Of a stretch of DNA of 64,000 bases, positions 27,055 through 40,548 are shown in pieces. Both the position numbers and the translations under genes were made by a program. The notes below the pieces were generated by a model, which made no database searches, was not told where the DNA came from, and saw only the letters and a list, made by a program, of their open reading frames with translations. Location: NCBI RefSeq assembly GCF_964204865.1, contig NC_135261.1, positions 10,664,001-10,728,000 on the forward strand, in the 5' to 3' direction. This stretch comes from Styela clava (Eukaryota). Position 1 is the stretch's first letter, and each line of letters starts with the position of its first letter.

Positions 27055-29287
27055 GATCGTCTTTATTCAGGTTGTTGAACAACGACTTGTCGAATCCCTG
27101 TTGTGCGCTTGTATATATGGGATTTCTTCCCTCTCTTCAAAATCCAAGTACCAGCTCCTTTATGTTTTAATGTTACTTTAGTGAGCTCTTATCTCGACCA
27201 CAATGATTGAAATTGTCAGAAGCGCAACAAATGTTTACCTCGAATCGCTATGCCGTAGTTATAACAGAAAGTTCAGTTTATTTCATTTAAATCTTCCATC
27301 ATTGTGCATTTAGTAAAAAGGTAATTGTTAATTAATCTTTTTATTGTGAAGTACATTATTTTTCAACTAATAAGATACCACTTCGACATAGCTATTCACT
27401 TCATCAGTACGCATTGTTTATATAAATATAACTTCAGGGTTGAAGATAGTTAGTCAATAGCTATTACATCCAATTGAACAGCATTACTAAAAAAATAGAA
27501 GTTTTTCAACAACACTTTATTTTTATTATTCACTCTTTGGTATACGCATACAATTGTTTTAACAGCAAAATGTACGACTTTTGAATCATAGATTGATTGA
27601 CGTTCTCATGCTTGACAGCGTCAATCAATCAGAAAAATTTCCTGATCATATAAGCATTAACAATGTATCTGGAATAGCCATAATGAATGAACACTGTAAT
27701 ATGAGTTATTCGGACATGGATTGTGCACACGAAGAATATTTCACTCGTTGTCAGTGGTATTGGAGTTGGGAATTATCTTTTCACCTCCAAAATGATAAAT
27801 CGGAAATTGGTGTAGAATACTCCAATTAATTTAAAAATGAATTTTATGTTCTATTTAATTGCTGGCATTTAAACATTTATATATATAACGCCAACGACAA
27901 CCTCTAAATGAAAAGATAACGATTGTATTAATATCGGGATCGACACAAAACAGGATTATACAGAACTCGACGACGTTCGTCGACAACACCAATAAAGTCG
28001 AAATATCCAGTTTCATAACGTTTCGTCATAGGTATCAAAGTCGAAAATTTTATTTCCGAATTCGGAATTCTCAAAACATTTGAATCCTACTTCAATATGA
28101 TAAAGTTGGAAAGTACTAAATATTTTTAGTGTATTTCCATCATATTCAAAGCAAAAACACAAAATGTTGAGTTATAAATTATATTTTTAATCAAGAGCTG
28201 TCATATCCGTATAAATAATATCACAAATAAACCATTTGTTTTTGACGAAGCACTTATATCCTTATGTTAGAACAAGCAGTTTATTTTGTATATTCGTATG
28301 CAAGTAAAACGTTGATGTTTCGATAGATTGATTGACGTTGTCATTCTCCGAGAATACTGAATCCCAAAAGAATATTTCAACTACTTACCTAGCATCTAGT
28401 GGACAGTTTCATATCGGGCGCCTTTAAATATATGGACTTCAAGATATTTTTTTGTAATTCGAGACAAATTTCCAAACATCATCAATATTTCCCGGATTCT
28501 CCTCATGCATAAATATTTCTATTTCTGAAAATATTCAATATGCTAATGTGCAGCTCGACTTTTGACGCGCGTCAAATATTGTTTGACAACGTCAATCAAA
28601 CAAAACATGTCATTGTTTAGATAATAGATGCTCAAAAATTGTAAGCAAAACAATGTTTGTGATTACACCCTGTAGGAAGTGGATAATTGAGAACCGAAGA
28701 TCAGCCATCATCAGAATTTGTTAAAACTCGTCAGTTGTCAAATATCATATTAATTAAAAGGCTATATCATGATATTAGTTCATGAAATGGTTTATTTTTA
28801 CTGCCTAATAACCGGTAACCAAGACTGAAACAAGCAAATTAAATTCAGAGGAAACCCTACAGACGACGATCCATCTGTTGGGGTAGCTTTGCTCGTACTG
28901 GAGAGCCTGCTGATGGGTTAGAAAATTCTCTTGGAGATTTTCCTGACTGGTAACAGTATTCGTCACCATCAATGACAAAGCGGTATCTCGAAAGTATCCT
29001 CGAAACAATTTTCAGGGGATGAATCATGATTTTGATTAAGGTGAACTTATGAAGAATAATTTGCCAATAATTAAATCATGAATTGAAATACATATTTATA
29101 ACTGAACGTATTTGCAATCGTAGAGGTAGAAATTAATAACATACATATATTCAATTTAGAAAAAAAAAGGTTATGACCAACATGTCCTCATAATATCCTG
29201 AGCATCATTTTTTTTATCGTCACTTTTCAATTCCCCAAGTTTTACGTTAACTTAAAATAACCAAATCGGTCTGACTTTAGCACATTG

Positions 29288-29293
29288 TAGGTA
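29288..29293. other. Transposon excision footprint TA-GG-TA (unit 4)
   Basis: cacattgTAggTAcagtt versus empty site cacattgTAcagtt; GG equals the first bases of the left TIR. Confidence 0.9.
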
Positions 29294-30974
29294 CAGTTAT
29301 ACTATCAACTGCCGAGCAGGATAATGGTGTTTAGCGCAACACCATCGTCGGCAATATATTGTGTGCGGGCATGCATCTTTCAAAAATCCCATATTTTATT
29401 TCACCAAAGACCATAATTTGATGAAAAATCCGATTTGTTAAAAAATCATCTAAATTAAGAAATGAAGACCTAAAATTGAACATTTCATATGACATTGAAT
29501 TATTTTGCACAAATCCTGGAATAACATAATATAAATATGTACGATTCATAACATGCATTAAGTGGGAAAACTGTTCTAATCATAAAATATTAAATAGCTG
29601 ATCCCACCTTTGGGGGTAGCCCACAGAATTTCTCTATTATTTCTCCTTTTTTTTAAGGGCTGATCCAAAGATGTCTAACTTGATTATCCGTTCATGTTGT
29701 AGTTTACAGGTGGCAAGAGTTATAGCTTGCATATTCTAAAATCGTTTAAATCTTCTAAACCATTTCATGATTTTTTTACACGAAGTAACAACAAACCATG
29801 ACTGGGAAAGTCTGCGAATCAAAGCTCCGGAAGGGTGAAATTGAGGGAAGGGTACGAGCAGGATATATGTGACTTGTGGGAAGGTATAGGATTCTGTATG
29901 GATTCAATACTGTTACCGACAACAACAGATACCGTAGTTGATGTAGAACGGATCCACCGATTCACCGAACGGATTCGGACAGGCCGAACGGATTCACCGA
30001 TTTTCACAACGAGTAATGCAAGATCAGACTCTCAACATTCATTTATTTTTATTTTTTCCTGCCTGCTTTCACTTTTATGGTTGAACTTGAATGTCCAGGA
30101 AGAATAACTTATTATATTGATAACTGATAATAATACGTCTTTTGGCTTAAATATATTATTTAATTACCTCATTAATTAATTACCTTTTCTTTAATGTACT
30201 TTATTTCAGCTATCTGAGAATCACTCTACAATACATGAACTAACAACCTCTATTGACTTGAATAAAATACACGAAGTCAATACATCTTGCTATATGAAAT
30301 CCTATTTCATAAATATATATACCAAATAAGGCAAATAGGCTATGATAGATGCTTACCTGTCCTTTCACCCCAATCAATTCATTTATATATTTTACCATAT
30401 TTCCATGCATATTTTGAGGTTGTTTTTTCGAGTTGCGCCTAAAAGTGGTTTGCGTGTTTAAAACTATAATTTTACATGACATTTAACGGTATTAATTCCG
30501 AATGTCAACCCAGGTAGATCCAAATTTTAACTTCGTTCCATGACTCCAATATTAGGAAATCGTTGCGTCTTCAAAAAGTTTGGGTTACTACTGTTTGACG
30601 AATAAAGTTGAATAAAATCCAGAAAAACACATTTAGTGTTACAACAACGTACAATGTTTTTGAAATTTGTTCCGGAGAATACAAGCAAACGAACAGTAAC
30701 CCCAACACCTGTTTTGCATAGTCGTTCCCGAAGTTGGCGATTAATCATCAGTGGCTTTAAAAAACTATAATGACGTCATATTGAATATAACGCATTGAGC
30801 CAAATAAAAAAATAACGTTGTACTTAAGTTTTCAATTTGTAAACTGAATTTATTAAGATCGGATGCCCTTGATTCTTCTGATTATATTCTTCAAGTTTTT
30901 GTTACTCTAAGTTTAGGTAATGTTTCCTAATTATCAATAAAATACCAGTCTTTCGAAACAGGAATGTACTAGAG

Positions 30975-31823
30975 CAGGGGTCAGCCTACGGCCCGCGGGC
31001 CAGATCCTGTCCGCGGAGTAAAATAATCCAGCACGCGATTCTTTACTGAATTATAGAAATCGGCTGTTTTGATGATTATATTCTTTACGTAACAGATTTT
31101 ATTTTAAGTCACGTGTAGACTAATTTATACTATAACCTAACAAGTAAATAAGTAGGCTACTCGTTTATTAATTATAATTAGACAAATGGCAACAAACCGC
31201 AGACTAGTTTATGCTAAGTGCAAAGGGTTCAATGGCGCAGAAAATATTTAAATGAATTTTATTGAGATGAAGAAATAAATTTATATTCCTTTTTAAGAAA
31301 TGTATCTTTGCTTGATTTTTATAAAAAAGTATCTTCTTGAAAGAAAACCTTACCCCAATTTGAGTGACAAATCATGCGAATAACTTTCTATCGATGTTTG
31401 GAAGTACATATGTACGCGAACAATTATTTCAGAAAACGAACATTACAAAGAACAAGCTGAGAATTCGGATTAGTGAAGCCCATTTATAAAATGTTTTTAT
31501 CTTGGCTTCATTCAGTGTCCCATTCAGAAAACGTTTCCCATTCAGTGACGTTGAAAACGTATTAAGCGGGTTGCAACAAAAAGTGTCACATTAAATGTCA
31601 TTTGTAATTTTTCTTCTCAAGTAAAACGATTAAGTTGAGTTCACGAGTTGTCGCAGTCTTCGCACGCTGCTTAAATCCTAAAATGTCAACATCTGATCTG
31701 ATCAAAAAATTGCGATTAATCGGCCATACCTTCGGTTTTTAACTTTCTAAAAATATGTGACACCCAACAAGACTCGCAACCTTTAGTTTTGGTCCGCGAG
31801 CGACAAAAGGTTGCCGACATCAT
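30975..31823 (+). mobile_element. Decayed hAT element, unit 4
   Basis: Copy of 6747-7595. Confidence 0.75.
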
Positions 31824-32482
31824 AAAGTTTTCTTATATGGTGCACAAATATCACCAGTATGTTATTAAGATATACTAATTGTGGAATTTGGCAATAATAT
31901 GATTGTCCTGAGACATTCTTTTTAATATAATTCCATTTCTCATTCAACATTTGTCATTTCTGAACCTAACAATTTGACCTGTATTTCCCATTTTGATTTC
32001 TTGTGCATCGCTCAGAGTTTCATCTCAAGTTATCAATTTTTAGAAGTACAATTTCAATGAGAAGTTTGAAAGTATCGGTTGTGCTATAATAGGGATTTGG
32101 GAAATGAATTTTCGGCACAACAGCTTTTTCTACTATTTGGACCCTGGCGTTACCGGGTCGCAAATAAAGGAGGTTACAAGGAGTATGAAGCATGCATGTT
32201 GAAAAATAAAGCGCCTTGTGCTTTGCGAAGTATGTAACTGATGTTATTGCGTGATACAATTTTACATGTAAATGTATAGAAATAGTGTTCAATCCACACG
32301 TACTTTCAAATCCCGGTCACCAAAGATGCCTCTAACCACATTATAACACTTCTATTTGCATTTGCTTAGAATTTATTGTCAATATCAGCAGATGGCAAAG
32401 GCAATTGGCATAAATTCATCAGCCTAATCTAAAACTAAGATATTTCCATGGTCGTTTGTCGTTCGGTTGATGTCGGCGGTGT

Positions 32483-35131
32483 TTATATACATCTGACATA
32501 TCTGAAGCATCCGTCATACTTGACAATGCGGTAGGATTTGTACGTGCTGAAATAGGATTATGTTAAACAGGAAAAACTCTGATTCAATTCAATTACAAAA
32601 CTAACTAAGACTTACCAGAATTGCTTGTAAGCAAAGCAATAAGAAGAAGACGTGGGCAACACGCATCGATAATTATAGGTGATCTTAAGTTCTCGAAGTT
32701 GCACACAGTATGTACATTTGAATCCACAAGCATAATGCTCCTTCAGATCACTGAGATGTTTCCCCCAGTCTTGTTCAATCTTGGTCACTATGTCGGTGTG
32801 TTCTTTCTTCGTTTTCTCTTCGTAGGCGTTGTACAATTTTTGAGCTTCGTTGCCGAGTGGTTTGCCCATATAAAATTCAAGCAGTTTCAAATACTGTTCC
32901 GTTCTGAGTTGGGCAATCTAAACATTTTTGCAAGAATTATATAAATATAAATACATATTTTAAACAAAATGTCACGCTGTCAACCTTTTCCAATCTCTCT
33001 GTAATGCATTTCAGTCTTCTTTCAAACCGTTCCGATAAGCACTTTACATAGCTTTCGATCTTTGTCTTTCTGGTAGATAGGCATGTTGCATATTGTGCAA
33101 CATATTTGGCAATTCGCTCATTGAGCCTTTGCTCGTGGCAACCAATCATGTCAGTGTATGCCTTGGAAGCGCGAGAAAGGCGCTCCCCAAGCTTTTTTTC
33201 ATACTCTGCAATCGCTTTTTTCTTTTGTTCGTCCAATGATTTCTGATATTCTTCTAGGGAAGTCAAGTTATCTGCTGTGATGCAATTGTTTCTGGAAATA
33301 TAAAGAGCAACTGAGCCAAATGACATCTTATGATATACTTATTCACCGTGACACTTACTGTACTAAGTAATTTGCTTTATAATACGTTATCAAACATTTG
33401 TGTCTCTCATCAACAATCTTTTTGAAAGACTCCAATGCCTTCTGATTAGTTATTTTTGCTTGCGCATACCAATCATCATATGTTTTCTTCATGGATTCAA
33501 TTATTGTCTTAGCTTTATTATCAAGGTCTTCTTTGAATTTTTGTTCGGTGATATTAACTTCATCTTAAGTGTAATAAAAACATTAAATTCAGTGAAACAT
33601 AAAGACAATTGAGCAAACGTTTTAGGACTTGCACTAACCGGTTACACATTTTTTCAGCTCCTTGTATTTGATTGTCCTGTATTGAAATTTGTAGGTCAAG
33701 AAACGGAAGCAACTTCTTTGGGTAGTAATTTTGTACGTCCACCATTTCCCGATACTTCGACTATAAAGAAAAAACCAAGAGTAGAATTATATTGATATAT
33801 ACTATTTACCTGCCATTTATTTATAATTACCAATTGGTGTAAAATTGACTTCTGCCAAAACAGAGAGTTCCGCCGTATGCGCACTGATAAGCGCATGCGT
33901 AGCTTTTTACAAGTTCTCCGATAGCTGCAGTTAGCTTCGCGGTGTATTCGTCCAACTGTGTTTGATATGATAAAGTTTCTTTAGTTTTGAAAGCCTCCAA
34001 AACTGCATTAACGTCTGCTCCGTTCCAATCCTCAGAACCTAAATGTAAAGTTCCATTATGAATAAAAGTATGTGCAAAATTCGAAAGAATAGAAAAAACT
34101 TACAATGGGCTCTGTATATGAGTTTTTGGAACACTTCAGATCTTTGTTTTACGATGGCTTCCATGACACATTTATATTTTGTCTCATACTCTGTCACGCG
34201 CTTTTCGAGAGCTTTTTTGTATTCTTCTATTTTAGCTAAACGAGTGTTGAAGCATGTAACAGACCTGAAATAAGAAAGGTTCGAATTTTTTGTTCTCTTG
34301 TAAACGAACTTTTGAACTTACAGTAACACACCTCTCGACAAGTTTTTTGTGATATTCCTGCACACAAGCGAATCTTTTCTGCATGTCATCGTTATAATTT
34401 TTTTTTGCTTCTTCCAACAATGAATCTAGTTTTGTATTATAATTTTCAATAGCCTTCTTGTTGGTCTCCTTCATTTCTTCTGACTCTTCCTGCAATCCCG
34501 TAATTCTAAAAATTCACGATGTTAGTAATTTGAGTAAGAAAAGAATACGTAAGAAAGAATTGTAAGAAGAAATACAAACTTCAAATACTGCTTTGCATAT
34601 TCCTCGATAGCGTCTTCGTGCTTTGTCTTTGCCTCGGTATTTTGATTTGTTGCAGTTTCAACCCAATCCCCCTTTTTTTGTTGCATATCAAGATATATTT
34701 TATCGGCCACTTCTTTTAATTGTTTTTCAACTTCAGTTTCAAAAACGGCCACCGTCATCTCTATAATACAAAAAATCATGCCTCAAAATGTGTGTTTCTC
34801 AAATTATTCAGAAAAACATACAATTCAGAATTACCTTCGAATCCATCCTCTGTGCATTTCTCTCCTGGATAGCTCTTCAGAACATTAGAGTAATATTTCG
34901 TTGTGAACCAAGCAGGACAGTAGTAGCTTCGGAAACTGTAGCATCCGTAATTGATTCGGTAAAATTGTCCGACATTGTAAGTAACATATCCACAATGACT
35001 CGGTTGGTATAGAGCGGCATTGGCAACCTGTAAACATTATAATTTAGGCAAAATTGATAAAAAGAAACGAAGGGCACTATTTATCAAATACTTACGGCCA
35101 AACAGCCTAGAAGTAACAATAAAATCTTCAT
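32483..35131 (-). CDS. Same 11-exon secreted helical Cys-rich protein, copy 5
   Basis: Colinear with copy 4, frame intact. Confidence 0.87.
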
Positions 35132-37362
35132 GATCGTCTTTATTCAGGTTGTTGAACAACGACTTGTCGAATCCCTGTTGTGCGCTTGTATATATGGAAT
35201 TTCTTCCCTCTCTTCAAAATCCAAGTACCAGCTCCTTTATGTTTTAATGTTACTTTAGTGAGCTCTTATCTCGACCACAATGATTGAAATTGTCAGAAGC
35301 GCAACAAATGTTTACCTCGAATCGCTATGCCGTAGGTATAACAGAAAGTTCAGTTTATTTCATTTAAATCTTCCATCATTGTGCATTTAGTAAAAAGGTA
35401 ATTGTTAATTAATCTTTTTATTGTGAAGTACATTATTTTTCAACTAATAAGATACCACTTCGACATAGCTATTCACTTCATCAGTACGCATTGTTTATAT
35501 AAATATAACTTCAGGGTTGAAGATAGTTAGTCAATAGCTATTACATCCAATTGAACAGCATTACTAAAAAAATAAAAGTTTTTCAACAACACTTTATTTT
35601 TATTATTCACTCTTTGGTATACGCATACAATTGTTTTAACAGCAAAATGTACGACTTTTGAATCATAGATTGATTGACGTTCTCATGCTTGACAGCGTCA
35701 ATCAATCAGAAAAATTTCCTGATCATATAAGCATTAACAATGTATCTGGAATAGCCATAATGAATGAACACTGTAATATGAGTTATTCGGACATGGATTG
35801 TGCACACGAAGAATATTTCACTCGTTGTCAGTGGTATTGGAGTTGGGAATTATCTTTTCACCTCCAAAATGATAAATCGGAAATTGGTATAGAATACTCC
35901 AATTAATTTAAAAATGAATTTTATGTTCTGTTTAATTGCTGGCATTTAAACATATATATATCTAAGGCCAACGACAACCTCTAAATGAAAAGATAACGAT
36001 TGTATTAATATCGGGATCGACACAAAACAGGATTATACAGAACTCGACGACGTTCGTCGACAACACCAATAAAGTCGAAATATCCAGTTTCATAACGTTT
36101 CGTCATAGGTCTCAAAGTCGAAAATTTTATTTCCGAATTCGGAATTCTCAAAACATTTGAATCCTACTTCAATATGATAAAGTTGGAAAGTACTAAATAT
36201 TTTTAGTGTATTTCCATCATATTCAAAGCAAAAACACAAAATGTTGAGTTATAAATTATATTTTTAATCAAGAGCTGTCATATCCGTATAAATAATATCA
36301 CAAATAAACCATTTGTTTTTGACGAAGCACTTATATCCTTATGTTAGAACAAGCAGTTTATTTTGAATATTCGTATGCAAGTAAAACGTTGATGTTTCGA
36401 TAGATTGATTGACGTTGTCATTCTCCGAGAATACTGAATCCCAAAAGAATATTTCAACTACTTACCTAGCATCTAGTGGACAGTTTCATATCGGGCGCCT
36501 TTAAATATATGGACTTCAAGATATTTTTTTGTAATTCGAGACAAATTTCCAAACATCATCAATATTTCCCGGATTCTCCTCATGCATAAATATTTCTATT
36601 TCTGAAAATTTCAATATGCTAATGTGCAGCTCGACTTTTGACGCGCGTCAAATATTGTTTGACAACGTCAATCAAACAAAACATGTCATTGTTTAGATAA
36701 TAGATGCTCAAAAATTGTAAGCAAAACAATGTTTGTGATTACACCCTGTAGGAAGTGGATAATTGAGAACCGAAGATCAGCCATCATCAGAATTTGTTAA
36801 AACTCGTCAGTTGTCAAATATCATATTAATTAAAAGGCTATATCATGATATTAGTTCATGAAATGGTTTATTTTTACTGCCTAATAACCGGTAACCAAGA
36901 CTGAAACAAGCAAATTAAATTCAGAGGAAACCCTACAGACGACGATCAATCTGTTGGGGTAGCTTTGCTCGTACTGGAGAGCCTGCTGATGGGTTAGAAA
37001 ACTCTCTTGGAGATTTTCCTGACTGGTAACAGTATTCGTCACCATCAATGACAAAGCGGTATCTCGAAAGTATCCTCGAAACAATTTTCAGGGGATGAAT
37101 CATGATTTTGATTAAGGTGAACTTATGATGAATAATTTGCCAATAATTAAATCATGAATTGAAATACATATTTATAACTGAACGTATTTGCAATCGTAGA
37201 GGTAGAAATTAATAACATACATATATTCAATTTAGAAAAAAAAAGGTTATGACCAACATGTCCTCATAATATCCTGAGCATCATTTTTTTATCGTCACTT
37301 TTCAATTCCCCAAGTTTTACGTTAACTTAAAATAACCAAATCGGTCTGACTTTAGCACATTG

Positions 37363-37369
37363 TAGGCTA
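37363..37369. other. Transposon excision footprint TA-GGC-TA (unit 5)
   Basis: cacattgTAggcTAcagtt; GG from the left end plus C from the right end of the unit-6 element. Confidence 0.9.
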
Positions 37370-39040
37370 CAGTTATACTATCAACTGCCGAGCAGGATAA
37401 TGGTGTTTAGCACAACACCATCGTCGGCAATATATTGTGTGCAGGCATGCATCTTTCAAAAATCCCATATTTTATTTCACCAAAGACCAAAATTTGATGA
37501 AAAATCCGATTTGTTAAAAAATCATCTAAATTAAGAAATGAAGACCTAAAATTGAACATTTCATATGACATTGAATTATTTTGCACAAATCCTGGAATAA
37601 CATAATATAAATATGTACGATTCATAACATGCATTAAGTGGGAAAACTGTTCTAATCATAAAATATTAAATAGCTGATCCCACCTTTGGGGGTAGCCCAC
37701 AGAATTTCTCTATTATTTCTCCTTTTTTTAAGGGCTGATCCAAAGATGTCTAACTTGATTATCCGTTCATGTTGTAGTTTACAGGTGGCAAGAGTTATAG
37801 CTTGCATATTCTAAAATCGTTTAAATCTTCTAAACCATTTCATGATTTTTTTACACGAAGTAACAACAAACCATGACTGGGAAAGTCTGCGAATCAAAGC
37901 TCCGGAAGGGTGAAATTGAGGGAAGGGTACGAGCAGGATATATGTGACTTGTGGGAAGGTATAGGATTCTGTATGGATTCAATACTGTTACCGACAACAA
38001 CAGATACCGTAGTTGATGTAGAACGGATCCACCGATTCACCGAACGGATTCGGATAGGCCGAACGGATTCACCGATTTTCACAACGAGTAATGCAAGATC
38101 AGACTCTCAACATTCATTTATTTTTATTTTTTCCTGCCTGCTTTCACTTTTATGGTTGAACTTGAATGTCCAGGAAGAATAACTTATTATATTGATAACT
38201 GATAATAATACGTCTTTTGGCTTAAATATATTATTTAATTACCTCATTAATTAATTACCTTTTCTTTAATGTACTTTATTTCAGCTATCTGAGAATCACT
38301 CTACAATACATGAACTAACAACCTCTATTGACTTGAATAAAATACACGCAGTCAATACATCTTGCTATATGAAATCCTATTTCATAAATATATATACCAA
38401 ATAGGCTATGATGGATGCTTACCTGCCCTTTCACCCCAATTAATTCATTTATATATTTTACCATATTTCCATGCATATTTTGAGGTTGTTTTTTCGAGTT
38501 GCGCCTAAAAGTGGTTTGCGTGTTTAAAACTATAATTTCACATGACATTTAACGGTATTAATTCCGAATGTCAACCCAGGTAGATCCAAATTTTAACTTC
38601 GTTTCATGACTCCAATATTAGGAAATCGTTGCGTCTTCAAAAAGTTTGGGTTACTACTGTTTGACGAATAAAGTTGAATAAAATCCAGAAAAACACATTT
38701 AGTGTTACAACAACGTACAATGTTTTTGAAATTTGTTCCGGAGAATACAAGCAAACGAACAGTAACCCCAACACCTGTTTTGCATAGTCGTTCCCGAAGT
38801 TGGCAATTAATCATCAGTGGCTTTAAAAAACTATAATGACGTCATATTGGATATAACGCATTGAGCCAAATAAAAAAATAACGTTGTACTTAAGTTTTCA
38901 ATTTGTAAACTGAATTTATTAAGATCGGATGCCCTTGATTCTTCTGATTATATTCTCCAAGTTTTTGTTACTCTAAGTTTAGGTAATGTTTCCTAATTAT
39001 CAATAAAATACCAGTCTTTCGAAACAGGAATGTACTAGAG

Positions 39041-39889
39041 CAGGGGTCAGCCTACGGCCCGCGGGCCAGATCCTGTCCGCGGAGTAAAATAATCCAGCAC
39101 GCGATTCTTTACTGAATTATAGAAATCGGCTGTTTTGATGATTATATTCTTTACGTAACAGAATTTATTTTAAGTCACGTGTAGACTAATTTATACTATA
39201 ACCTAACAAGTAAATAAGTAGGCTACTCGTTTATTAATTATAATTAGACAAATGGCAACAAACCGCAGAATAGTTTATACTAAGTGCAAAGGGTTCAATG
39301 GCGCAGAAAATATTTAAATGAATTTTATTGGGATGAAGAAATAAATTTATATTCCTTTTTAAGAAATGTATCTTTGCTTGATTTTTATAAAAAAGTATCT
39401 TCTTGAAAGAAAACCTTACCCCAATTTGAGTGACAAATCATGCGAATAACTTTCTATCGATGTTTGGAAGTACATATGTACGCGAACAATTATTTCAGAA
39501 AACGAACATTACAAAGAACAAGCTGAGAATTCGGATTAGTGATGCCCATTTATAAAATGTTTTTATCTTGGCTTCATTCAGTGTCCCATTCAGAAAACGT
39601 TTCCCATTCAGTGACGTTGAAAACGTATTAAGCGGGTTGCAACAAAAAGTGTCACATTAAATGTCATTTGTAATTTTTCTTCTCAAGTAAAACGATTAAG
39701 TTGAGTTCACGAGTTGTCGCAGTCTTCGCACGCTGCTTAAATCCTAAAATGTCAACATCTGATCTGATCAAAAAATTGCGATTAATCGGCCATACCTTCG
39801 GTTTTTAACTTTCAAAAAATATGTGACACCCAACAAGACTCGCAACCTTTAGCTTTGGTCCACGAGCGACAAAAGGTTGCCGACATCAT
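39041..39889 (+). mobile_element. Decayed hAT element, unit 5
   Basis: Copy of 6747-7595. Confidence 0.75.
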
Positions 39890-40548
39890 AAAGTTTTCTT
39901 ATATGGTGCACAAATATCACCAGTATGTTATTAAGATATACTAATTGTGGAATTTGGCAATAATATGATTGTTCTGAGACATTCTTTTTAATATAATTCC
40001 ATTTCTCATCCAACATTTGTCATTTCTGAACCTAACAATTTGACCTGTATTTCCCATTTTGATTTCTTGTGCATCGCTCAGAGTTTCATCTCAAGTTATC
40101 AATTTTTAGAAGTACAATTTCAATGAGAAGTTTGAAATTATCGGTTGTGCTTTAATAGGGATTTGGGAAATAAATTTTCGGCACAACAGCTTTTTCTACT
40201 ATTTGCACCCTGGCGTTACCGGGTCGCAAATAAAGGGGGTTACAAGGAGTATGAAGCATGCATGTTGAAAAATAAAGCGCCTTGTGCTTTGCGAAGTATG
40301 TAACTGATGTTATTGCGTGATACAATTTGACATGTAAATGTATAGAAATAGTGTTCAATCCACACGTACTTTCAAATCCCGGTCACCAAAGATGCCTCTA
40401 ACCACATTATAACACTTCTATTTGCATTTGCTTAGAATTTATTGTCAATATCAGCAGATGGTAAAGGCAATTGGCATAAATTCATCAGCCTAATCTAAAA
40501 CTAAGATATTTCCATGGTCGTTTGTCGTTCGGTTGATGTCGGCGGTGT

